The notes under the pieces were generated by a model. That model was given only the letters and a program-made list of their open reading frames with translations. It made no database searches and was not told the DNA's origin. A stretch of DNA of 64,000 bases, from NCBI GenBank assembly GCA_040390065.1, contig JAZJZE010000011.1:128001-192000 (forward strand), in the 5' to 3' direction. Position 1 is the stretch's first letter. The number at the start of each line of letters is the position of its first letter. The DNA comes from a bacterium. Its GTDB lineage: Archaea; Thermoplasmatota; E2; JACPAO01; JAHFTW01. A program made the position numbers and the translations under genes. This document shows positions 55,884 to 64,000 of this stretch, piece after piece.

Positions 55884-58607
55884 ATGGAGAGTCCGACGCA
55901 TTCGCGCATCGAGGCGGCGCTGGGCCGAGGCGTGGCGGGCGTCTGCACGTGGTCCGTCCGGAACCGCGGCTTCGTCCTCATTTTGGCCCTGCTCGTCACG
56001 GGCGGCCTTGGCTTCGGCCTGTCCAAGATCTACGTGCGCAGCGCCGACTACGACCTGATGCCGGATGGCCACCCGTCCGAGATTGCCAACCGGCACGCGC
56101 TGGCAGAGGTGCCCGGCTTCCGCAGCGTCGAGACCATCTGGATGGAGGCGCGCGACCCGGATGGCAACATCACCTCGCCGCAAGCCATCCGCGCGGCACA
56201 GGAGCTAGAGGACTACGTCCAGCAGCGCGTCCCCGAAATCTCGTACACGTATTCGCTGGCCTACCTCGTCAAGCTCGTCAACTACACACTCTCCGGCGTC
56301 CCCAACCCCCTGTGCAACATCCAGGTCCCAAGCGGCTTGCCGGCCGTCCCGCCACTTCCCCCGGCGCCCCTCCCGCCAGAGGCCTGCACCCCGAAGAAGC
56401 CGGACGAGGCCGCGTTCCGGTTGCCCGCCAACGACATGGACATCCAGCGCAACTACGACATCATTGCGCAGGCCAACTTCGGCGCCGTGCAGGGCGTCGT
56501 CGACGAGCGTTTCCACGGCACGCTTGTCATCTTCATGTACAATTTCACGATCACCCAGCAAGGCCCGGCCGCGGTGCTGCCCGCGAGCGAGCGTTTTCTG
56601 CACGTCGTCGAGGAGTTCAAGGCGAACGATTGCCAGAAGATGGCCATCCGGGAAGCGGACGGCGCGCCGCTGGTCAACTGCCCGCACATCTACGTCCTGG
56701 GCGAGGCCATCAACGCGCACATGACGGAGCTTGCCAACCAGGACTTCCTGTTCTGGGGCCCCATCGTCTTTGCCGCGACGCTCGTCGTCCTGCTCCTTGC
56801 ATTCTGGTTCGACTGGGTCGCAACGGGTGTGGCGGCGCTCGCCTTCACCATCGGCCTGGTCTGGACGTACGGCTTCATGGGCTACATGGCGATGCCCTTG
56901 ACGTTCTTCGGACTGCTCATCGTACCCATCACACTCGGGGTGGGCAAGGAATATGCCATCTACGTCACGAACCAGTACCTCGAGTACTCGGCCGAGGGCA
57001 AGGATCCCCAGGCCGCCTTCGGGCTCGTCGGCCGCCGCGCCGGTGCCGCGCTGCTTGTGGCATCCATCACGTCGATCGTGGGTGTCGCCACCATGTCGCT
57101 TGCCCAGTTCTTCATCATGCGCGACCTTGCCATCCTGACGTGCTTCGCGTTTGCGGCCCTGTTTGTCATCTCCATCACCGTGATTCCAGCCCTGCACTCG
57201 CTGCGCAGCCGGCGGCACACCCCGCGCCCATTTCGGCCCGTTCGCTCGTTGTCATCGCTGGCCATCTGGCTGCGTCGGCACCGTGTCCTCGTCACCCTGG
57301 CCACCGTGGCGGTCACCTTCGGCGCCGCCGTGGAGGCCACCCACATCGAGGAATACTTCGGCATCTCGGGCGGCTTCCAGAAAGGCGACTACCTCGAGGA
57401 GTCGTACCGGTACTACAACGACGTGCTTGGTGGGTCGGGCACGGAACTCGTGGTCATCGAGACGACGGACAAGGGGGTGGCCGATCCGTCCACCATCGAC
57501 TACCTGAAAGCGCTCGACGCATCGTTCAAGGCCGACACCAAGACCATTCCCAAGGCGTCGAACGTCAATTCCCTCATCATCGCGCTGAACACGTATTACG
57601 CCCTTCGCGACGGCCTGCTGAACCCGAAGGCACTCGACGACCAGACATGCAAGGCCCCGTTCCCGGCCGAGCAGTGCCAGTCGCCGATCCCGCGCGACCG
57701 CGACACCGTCTATCGGGACATCAACGCCGCCTTCGATTCGCATGTGTGGGCGAGTCTCATGGCGCTGTTTACCGGCCGCACGGGCAACGTCGTCGTGACG
57801 CACGTCTTCTACCACATCGGCTCCGAGACGTACGACGGCCTGAAGCGCGACTGGGATTCCCTCAACGCGGACATGGCCCCGTCCAAGGTGCCCCGGCCGG
57901 CGACGGTGACGAACGTCAACCTCGTCGGCACGCAGGACACGTTCTACCTGTACGTCACATACGGCCAACCCTGGCTGGAGTACGTCGGCTACATGGCCTC
58001 GTTCCTCACGCTGGCCGTCGCCATCCTCGTGGTCGGCCGAGGCCGCGATTTCGCTGCGCTGCTGCCAGGCGGGGTCTCCTTCTTCGCCTGGTTCACGGGG
58101 GTCTGGAGCCACGACCAGTCACTGTTGTTGCTGGCCGGCGCCGCAGGGGTCGTGACGGTGCTGTTCATGTGGGCCTTGCGTTCGCGCGACGTCGCCGCCA
58201 TCATGATCCCGATGATGCTCGCCTCCGTGTGGTGGGCTGGCCTCTTGCCGCTGTTTGGCATCAAGGCCAGCCTGACCCTGATGCTGCCCACGGTGTTCCT
58301 GATCAGCGTGGGCTCCGACTACGCCATCCAGTACGTGTGGAACTACCGCCAGATCGGCGACATGGCCAAGGTCTACGGCTCCACGGGCAAAGCCAACCTC
58401 TTCGTCGTCGCCGCGACGGTCCTGGCCTTCCTCCTGTTCGTGCCGATGAAACTCGTGCTGTCCAGCCAGGGCGCCCTGGCCGCAGCCCTGGCCATCCTCG
58501 TCATCTTCGTCGTCACCACCCTGCTGGTGCCCCTGTTCTATCCCGAAGGCGCCCCTCTCGGGCCACCGGTCAAGTGGTACCGGGCCCGACCCGGTCGCCG
58601 GCGATGA
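55884..58607 (+). CDS. MMPL/RND-family transporter
   Basis: Two repeats of TM1 + large extracellular loop + several TM; GVGKEY and SVGSDY motifs. Confidence 0.9.
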   Translation: MESPTHSRIEAALGRGVAGVCTWSVRNRGFVLILALLVTGGLGFGLSKIYVRSADYDLMPDGHPSEIANRHALAEVPGFRSVETIWMEARDPDGNITSPQAIRAAQELEDYVQQRVPEISYTYSLAYLVKLVNYTLSGVPNPLCNIQVPSGLPAVPPLPPAPLPPEACTPKKPDEAAFRLPANDMDIQRNYDIIAQANFGAVQGVVDERFHGTLVIFMYNFTITQQGPAAVLPASERFLHVVEEFKANDCQKMAIREADGAPLVNCPHIYVLGEAINAHMTELANQDFLFWGPIVFAATLVVLLLAFWFDWVATGVAALAFTIGLVWTYGFMGYMAMPLTFFGLLIVPITLGVGKEYAIYVTNQYLEYSAEGKDPQAAFGLVGRRAGAALLVASITSIVGVATMSLAQFFIMRDLAILTCFAFAALFVISITVIPALHSLRSRRHTPRPFRPVRSLSSLAIWLRRHRVLVTLATVAVTFGAAVEATHIEEYFGISGGFQKGDYLEESYRYYNDVLGGSGTELVVIETTDKGVADPSTIDYLKALDASFKADTKTIPKASNVNSLIIALNTYYALRDGLLNPKALDDQTCKAPFPAEQCQSPIPRDRDTVYRDINAAFDSHVWASLMALFTGRTGNVVVTHVFYHIGSETYDGLKRDWDSLNADMAPSKVPRPATVTNVNLVGTQDTFYLYVTYGQPWLEYVGYMASFLTLAVAILVVGRGRDFAALLPGGVSFFAWFTGVWSHDQSLLLLAGAAGVVTVLFMWALRSRDVAAIMIPMMLASVWWAGLLPLFGIKASLTLMLPTVFLISVGSDYAIQYVWNYRQIGDMAKVYGSTGKANLFVVAATVLAFLLFVPMKLVLSSQGALAAALAILVIFVVTTLLVPLFYPEGAPLGPPVKWYRARPGRRR

Positions 58608-58789
58608 TGGGCCGGGCCGCGGTCCTTATGAAATGCTGCCGGATAACGGCTTAAATGGCGAGCCGCCAACCGTCTCCTCTTGTGCTGCGCCTTGCCGGCG
58701 TGCAATCTTGGGATTCCCCAGGCGGGACCGCTGCGGTCAGCGCGGGCCCGGTAGAAATGTTCAAAGGCACGGGGTCCGGTCGCCCGCCG

Positions 58790-60922
58790 ATGCGGACACG
58801 TCCCGACCGGGCCAACCGAAGTCGCCGCAGGGTGAACCGGTTCAGAGGCGACCCGGACGGCGTCTCCGACGTCGTGGGATCCATCCTGCTGGTGGCCATC
58901 ACGGTCATCATGGCGGGATTGTTGGCCCTCCTCATCTTCGCCTTCAAGGGGCCGGCCCCGACGTTGCAGAGCGACCTGGCCGTCTCCGTCGACCCGGGGG
59001 CTGGCGGCTGGGGGACCGGCGACGAAGCCGTGCGCATCCAGCACCGTGGCGGCGACGCGTTGGACGCGGCGGCAGCGACGGTCGGCATCACGATTGGCAG
59101 CACGGTCTACTCGTTCCAGGGCACGTCGCAGCTCGGCTCGGCGTGGGGCGACGGCAAGCTGACCATCGGTGAGACCTGGCAACACACCTTCACCATCGAT
59201 TCTGGCGCGTCGCTCAGCGTCAATGTTGTGACGTCCTCGGCCGGAACGACCCGGCTCCTGTCGGGCAACACCCTCGTTGCTTCGGCCATCAGCACGACGC
59301 AGCCCTGCCTGACGGACACCGTGGCCCCGACCGTCGCGCAATGGCTGCAGAGCCCGGCCACCCTGACGGCGTTCACGACCGGCCCCGTCACCATCACGGT
59401 CCAACTCACCGACGACTGTTGGGGCGTGAACCCAAGCGGTGTGCCCGACCTGTTCTGGCGCATCACGCCGACGACGGCGTACACCGACGAGGGCGCCATG
59501 ACGGCGACTGGCCTCAATCGCTGGACCTCCACCATCCCGGCCCAGACGTGGAGTTCCCTCGTGGGCAAGACCGTGCAGTACCACGTCGGCCCCTTGGCGG
59601 ACCTCGGTGGCAACACGGCAAACAGCCCCGACCAGGCGAGCCTGGTGCTCACGAACTGCGCCACGGACAACATCGCACCGACCGTGCAGACACTGACGCA
59701 GAACCCCGCCGACGTCCGGACGACGACGACCGGAGCCGTCACCATCACGTTGGTGGCCACCGACGACTGCGCGGGCGTCAGCCAGACCACAAACCCTCAC
59801 CTGCTGTACCGCTTCAACTCCGGCGGCAACCAGGCCTACACGGACGGTGGCGCCATGACGCTCACAGCGACAAGCACCTGGCAAGGCACGATCCCTAGCC
59901 AGTCCTGGGCCTTGTTTGTCGGCTCCACCATTGAATACTACGTGAGCGGCTTCCTCGATGCCAACGGCAACTCCGGCAGCTCCACCGTGCAACAGGACCC
60001 CGTCGACGCGGTCTACACGTACAACTACGTCAACTCCAACACGCCCACGACGGGCACGGTGTCGGCCTTCGCCAACGCGCAATCCGCAAGCGACGCCGGC
60101 TTGGAGGCGACCCTGCAGGAGGCTGGAACGTCGGGATCCCCTGTGACCGTGACGTTCAACGCGAATGGGGTGGCGCTCGGCACCGGCTGGTCAAGCGCGA
60201 CGAATGCGTTTGCCTCCGACAACGCCTACGCCACGTACGCCACGGCAGCGCCCACCACCCTGAATGACCTCAAGCTCGAATTGCAGGACCCGTCGGTCAC
60301 GACGGGCACGATCACCGGCGTCGTGTTGCACGCCGAGGTCTCCATCCAAGGGTACAGCAACGACGCGTTCACCATCTACGCGTGCTTCACGGGCACCGTC
60401 ACCTGCGATGCCCTCTCGACGCAGGGCGGGCAGTCCAGCTCGGACGTGACGATGAACTACGACATCTCCAGCCTGCGCCCCGGCGGCGGCTCGTGGTCGT
60501 GGACCGACATCTCCAACTTGCAGGGCGTCGTCAACCTGGTGCAAAGCGGCTCCAAGGACGGCACATGGCGCGTCGACCGCGTCTGGGTCGACGTCACCTC
60601 CGTCACGACGACGTACACGACGTCCATCCAGTTCGGCTGGACCGGTGTCGCGGCCGGGACGACGCACACGTTGGACATCAAGCACCGCGTCACCGGCGAC
60701 ACCTTCAACGTGCAAGTCTGCCAGGATGCCCTCGTGACGTGTGTGACCTGGACGACGCGCGGCAGCACGCTCTCGTCGGGCTCCTCGACCACCTACACGT
60801 ACGCCCTCACGACGCTGGAGTACAACGCCGGCGCGCCCCGCATCCGGTTCACCGACGTCAGCCCCACCGGCACGACGCAAGGCAACCTCTTCATCGACTA
60901 CGCGAGGGTGGACACACTATGA
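58790..60922 (+). CDS. Large archaeal type IV pilin-like protein (class III signal peptide) with tandem extracellular repeats
   Basis: DG|VSDVVGSILLVAITV; I.H.GGD.L and LTIGE pilin-domain motifs; two ~115-aa repeats; start may be GTG 58832. Confidence 0.85.
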   Translation: MRTRPDRANRSRRRVNRFRGDPDGVSDVVGSILLVAITVIMAGLLALLIFAFKGPAPTLQSDLAVSVDPGAGGWGTGDEAVRIQHRGGDALDAAAATVGITIGSTVYSFQGTSQLGSAWGDGKLTIGETWQHTFTIDSGASLSVNVVTSSAGTTRLLSGNTLVASAISTTQPCLTDTVAPTVAQWLQSPATLTAFTTGPVTITVQLTDDCWGVNPSGVPDLFWRITPTTAYTDEGAMTATGLNRWTSTIPAQTWSSLVGKTVQYHVGPLADLGGNTANSPDQASLVLTNCATDNIAPTVQTLTQNPADVRTTTTGAVTITLVATDDCAGVSQTTNPHLLYRFNSGGNQAYTDGGAMTLTATSTWQGTIPSQSWALFVGSTIEYYVSGFLDANGNSGSSTVQQDPVDAVYTYNYVNSNTPTTGTVSAFANAQSASDAGLEATLQEAGTSGSPVTVTFNANGVALGTGWSSATNAFASDNAYATYATAAPTTLNDLKLELQDPSVTTGTITGVVLHAEVSIQGYSNDAFTIYACFTGTVTCDALSTQGGQSSSDVTMNYDISSLRPGGGSWSWTDISNLQGVVNLVQSGSKDGTWRVDRVWVDVTSVTTTYTTSIQFGWTGVAAGTTHTLDIKHRVTGDTFNVQVCQDALVTCVTWTTRGSTLSSGSSTTYTYALTTLEYNAGAPRIRFTDVSPTGTTQGNLFIDYARVDTL

Positions 60923-62358
60923 CGCGCAAGGCCAACGACGATTCCGGGGTCTCGACGGTGCTGGGGGCCATCCTCATGTTCGGGCTCCTCATCATCACGT
61001 TGGTCACGATCCAGGCGAAGTTCGTGCCTGTCTGGGACCACGACCGCGAGGCCGACCACATGCAGATCGTGCAAGGCCAACTGTCGGTCCTGAAGTCCGA
61101 CGTCGACCGCCAGGCCGACAACCGCACTGGCCTGCCCATCACCGACCCCGTGACTCTGGCGGCCCCGACGGGTTTCCGCTTCTTCACACAGCCAAGCCCG
61201 GGGGGTTCCCTCGCGTTTTCCCCCGCCGGCACCGGCGGCGGTTTCACGGTCTCGTCGCCGCAGATCCACGTGCTGTCCCAGAACGGCCGGCAGATCTTCG
61301 CCGGGTCCGAGACGTGGACGCAGCTCATCACCGGGGGCTCCGTCAGCAGCGTGCTGGACATCCAGAACCTGCGCGTCCGGGTGCTGAACGTGGATGCCAC
61401 GCCCACGACGTACGACGGGAAGTCGGCCACACTCACGCTGACGGATGCATCGAGCCAGATCACGGGCGCCGTCAAGGTCACGTGGCTCAAGGGCTCCTCC
61501 GGCTTCACGCTGCAGTACCGCACCTACATCGGCGACCCAAGCCAGTCTGGCAACCAGCCCGTCTCCGTCGCCCAGGATTCCTTCGACCAGCAGGCCCTGC
61601 CGCCGTCGACTTGTCCAAATCGCACCCCGCCGCCGCCGGAGACGCCGTGCATCTACGTCGACCTGCTGCGTTCCGACCTCCAGTTCGACCAGGTCATCGC
61701 GCTCACCGGGACGCCGTTTACGGTCGCCATCTCCAACGACGGCCTCCTGGCCGACTACGCGATGGCGTACACCGTGCAGCCGGCCGGCGGCGGTTCCACC
61801 CAGGTCGGCGGCGGCGGCCGCGTCATCCCCAACTATTCCCAGAATCTCGCCAGCGGGTCTTTGACCTACGTGCAGCAGAACAACCGCTTCCCGGGCCAGA
61901 CGTACATCCTCGAGCACGGGGGGCTCGTGCTGGTGCAATCCGACGGAAGCGCCATGGTGGTTCCGCCCGAGTTTTCCGCCTCCGTCGTGGCCGGCCAGAC
62001 GAACATTCGCTGGGTGGTCCCGGCGCTCACCGGTTCGGCCAGCGGCATCGGCGGCGTCGGCCAGGCCAGCGTGACGCTCCAGCCCACGGGGGCGCGAGTC
62101 GACATGGTCGCGACGGCTCCCAGCCTGACGTTCGTCGTCACGAGCCTGAATCCGACAGTCTGGACGTCGTATTGGTCCACGACGCTGCAGCAGGCGGGTC
62201 TTGCGCCCCCCCAGTTTACGACGTCCTCGACGGCGACCACGGCGACGCTCAACGTGTATGGCGTCCAGAGCGCCCCGGGTTCCACCCTGGATGACATCGT
62301 CTTCACCTTCAAGGGCGGCACCAGCGCCGTCAACGCCCGCGCCGCGGGGGGCGGATGA
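60919..62358 (+). CDS. Archaeal pilin-like protein (class III signal peptide)
   Basis: DDSG|VSTVLGAILMFGLL, VPVW...E..H, G.L.Y...N.....Y..E.GG....Q.DG; ATGA overlap. Confidence 0.8.
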   Translation: MTRKANDDSGVSTVLGAILMFGLLIITLVTIQAKFVPVWDHDREADHMQIVQGQLSVLKSDVDRQADNRTGLPITDPVTLAAPTGFRFFTQPSPGGSLAFSPAGTGGGFTVSSPQIHVLSQNGRQIFAGSETWTQLITGGSVSSVLDIQNLRVRVLNVDATPTTYDGKSATLTLTDASSQITGAVKVTWLKGSSGFTLQYRTYIGDPSQSGNQPVSVAQDSFDQQALPPSTCPNRTPPPPETPCIYVDLLRSDLQFDQVIALTGTPFTVAISNDGLLADYAMAYTVQPAGGGSTQVGGGGRVIPNYSQNLASGSLTYVQQNNRFPGQTYILEHGGLVLVQSDGSAMVVPPEFSASVVAGQTNIRWVVPALTGSASGIGGVGQASVTLQPTGARVDMVATAPSLTFVVTSLNPTVWTSYWSTTLQQAGLAPPQFTTSSTATTATLNVYGVQSAPGSTLDDIVFTFKGGTSAVNARAAGGG

Positions 62359-62404
62359 CCGTGGCAAGCACCCTTCTTCCCTCGCACCCCCGCCACTCCA
62401 AAGG

Positions 62405-64000
62405 ATGACCACGATGCCCAAGAACGACCCTGACCCAGAGCGCAACCAGACCTTCTTCCGGGCGCTCAGCCGGCGTCTTCGTGCCCAATCGTCGCAGGCG
62501 CGCCAACGCCGCAAGCCCGCCGATGCGTCAGCGTCCGGGAAAGAGGCCGCACGCCTCGACCAGCCCGGCCCGTCGCCGGATCCGCGCGCGGACGCGCCGG
62601 CTGCGCCATTGCGCGCCGCGACGACGCCCGCGGGCGCCGAACTCGGCCAGGGGGCCGCGGGGGTGCGGGGCGCGGCCGCGCCGGCTGCAGCCGGTCCGGG
62701 CAAGGACCGCTCCGCCCCGCGCCAGGCCCGCCAAGTCCGCAGCGAAGCGCCCACCGTCCCGGTTGGCCGCTTCGATCCACGCCGCGAGCCGGCGGCCGGG
62801 CCGCCCGTGGTCGTCATGCCCCCCGTCCCTGCCGGCCACCGGGAAGTGGAATCCACGCCCGTCATCCCCGAGCGCGCCTGGGTGCGCATCCTCCTGGACG
62901 AGAACACGCGGACGTACGTGTACGAAGTCATCGAACCCACGCTCAGCCCCGACGAGCAGGAGATCCTCGAATTCCTGCGCGACACCCTGACGCGCACGCT
63001 CGACGGCCGCAAGGTCACCGTGGGAACGCCATCCGACTGGGCGCAGGTACTGACGGAGGCGACGCGGCGCGCCATCAAGGAATACGCCATCCGGATCGAC
63101 CCGGTGGGCGCCCTGCGCGTCGAATACTACCTGGTTCGCGATTTCCTCGGCTACGGCCGCATCGACGTCATGATGCGCGACGGCATGCTCGAGGACATCT
63201 CGTGCGATGGCCCGAACATCCCGATCTACCTGTTCCACCGCAAGTACGAGTCGCTGCGCACGAACGTCGTGTTCAACGACGAATTGGAGCTGGACGGGTT
63301 CGTGATCCGCTTGGCCCAGCGCTGCGGCAAACACATCAGTGTTGCAGACCCGCTCTTGGACGCGACGCTTCCCGACGGTTCACGTCTGCAGACGACCTTG
63401 AGCCGTGAGGTGACGACGCGCGGCAGTTCCTTCACGGTGCGCAAGTTCCGCGCCGACCCGATGACGCCGCCGGACCTGGTGCGTTTCGGCACGATGTCGG
63501 CCGAGATGGCTGCCTACTTCTGGTTCGTGATGGAGATGGGCGCCTCGTTCATGATTGCGGGCGGCACGGCCTCCGGCAAGACGACGAGCCTCAACGCCAT
63601 CAGCCAGTTCATCCCGCCGGAGAAGAAGATCGTCTCCATCGAGGACACCCGCGAAATCAACCTGAGCCACGAGAACTGGATCGCGGGCATCACCCGCAGC
63701 GGCTTCGGCGGCGAGATCGTCGGCGGCAAGCTCGCCGGCACCATCGACATGTACAAGCTCCTCGAAGCCGCCCTGCGGCAGCGCCCGGAGTACTTGCTGG
63801 TCGGCGAAGTGCGCGGGCCAGAGGCGCTCACGTTGTTCCAAGCAATGGCGACGGGCCACGCGGTCTACTCCACGATGCACGCGGACTCCGTGGCCAGCGC
63901 CGTCTACCGGTTGGAGGGCGCTCCCATCAACGTGCCCCGCATGATGCTGCAGACGCTCGACATCATCGCCATCCAAGCCCAGGTCCGCATCAAGGACCGC
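62405..64000 (+). CDS. Type II/IV secretion ATPase (PilB/ArlI/TadA-like), runs off the window
   Basis: Manual translation: Y.YEVIEP.L, RDFLGYGRID, EDISCDG, LPDGSR, GGTASGKTT, SIEDTRE, LRQRPEY..VGEVRG, TGH...STMHA. Confidence 0.95.
   Translation, partial: MTTMPKNDPDPERNQTFFRALSRRLRAQSSQARQRRKPADASASGKEAARLDQPGPSPDPRADAPAAPLRAATTPAGAELGQGAAGVRGAAAPAAAGPGKDRSAPRQARQVRSEAPTVPVGRFDPRREPAAGPPVVVMPPVPAGHREVESTPVIPERAWVRILLDENTRTYVYEVIEPTLSPDEQEILEFLRDTLTRTLDGRKVTVGTPSDWAQVLTEATRRAIKEYAIRIDPVGALRVEYYLVRDFLGYGRIDVMMRDGMLEDISCDGPNIPIYLFHRKYESLRTNVVFNDELELDGFVIRLAQRCGKHISVADPLLDATLPDGSRLQTTLSREVTTRGSSFTVRKFRADPMTPPDLVRFGTMSAEMAAYFWFVMEMGASFMIAGGTASGKTTSLNAISQFIPPEKKIVSIEDTREINLSHENWIAGITRSGFGGEIVGGKLAGTIDMYKLLEAALRQRPEYLLVGEVRGPEALTLFQAMATGHAVYSTMHADSVASAVYRLEGAPINVPRMMLQTLDIIAIQAQVRIKDR

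Noticed and set aside
1-64000. CRISPR array, rRNA, integrase/transposase, reverse transcriptase or defence genes
   Set aside because: I saw no regularly spaced direct repeats and no such protein motifs; a by-eye scan could miss short or degenerate cases.

Overview
High-GC (~70% by eye) archaeal window. It is most likely from an uncultured Thermoplasmatota-type lineage, inferred from DUF373, MptE, a bat-type HTH regulator, class III (archaeal pilin) signal peptides, and TATA-like elements just upstream of apparently leaderless starts. Housekeeping genes: an ABC exporter, sucD/sucC, a scattered hutG-hutI-hutH-hutU histidine-utilisation set, cutA, a site-2 protease, a GltD/SudA-like flavoprotein, chrA, a ccmABCDE-like haem-delivery operon, purM, an acyl-CoA ligase, an MMPL/RND transporter and the start of an archaeal type IV pilus operon. 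Many secreted-protein genes are interleaved among them. The best candidate for an undescribed system is a four-gene operon at 18510-22891 whose products share domains in a tip/shaft/anchor pattern: A = domains N+C; C = adhesin-like + Calx-beta + domain C only; D = domain N only + linker + membrane anchor. This is the logic expected of a head-to-tail polymerising surface filament. Also notable: a ~3965-aa secreted protein with a degenerate subtilase-like domain and Met/His-rich segments; two arrays of tiny Cys-rich secreted proteins; a membrane cyclophilin-TSP3-FKBP fusion; a 269-bp structured MITE-like element; and a ~190-bp structured repeat present twice in inverted orientation. All calls are by-eye motif recognition and no database searches were run. 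Start codons were re-picked from the ORF track and are approximate in places.
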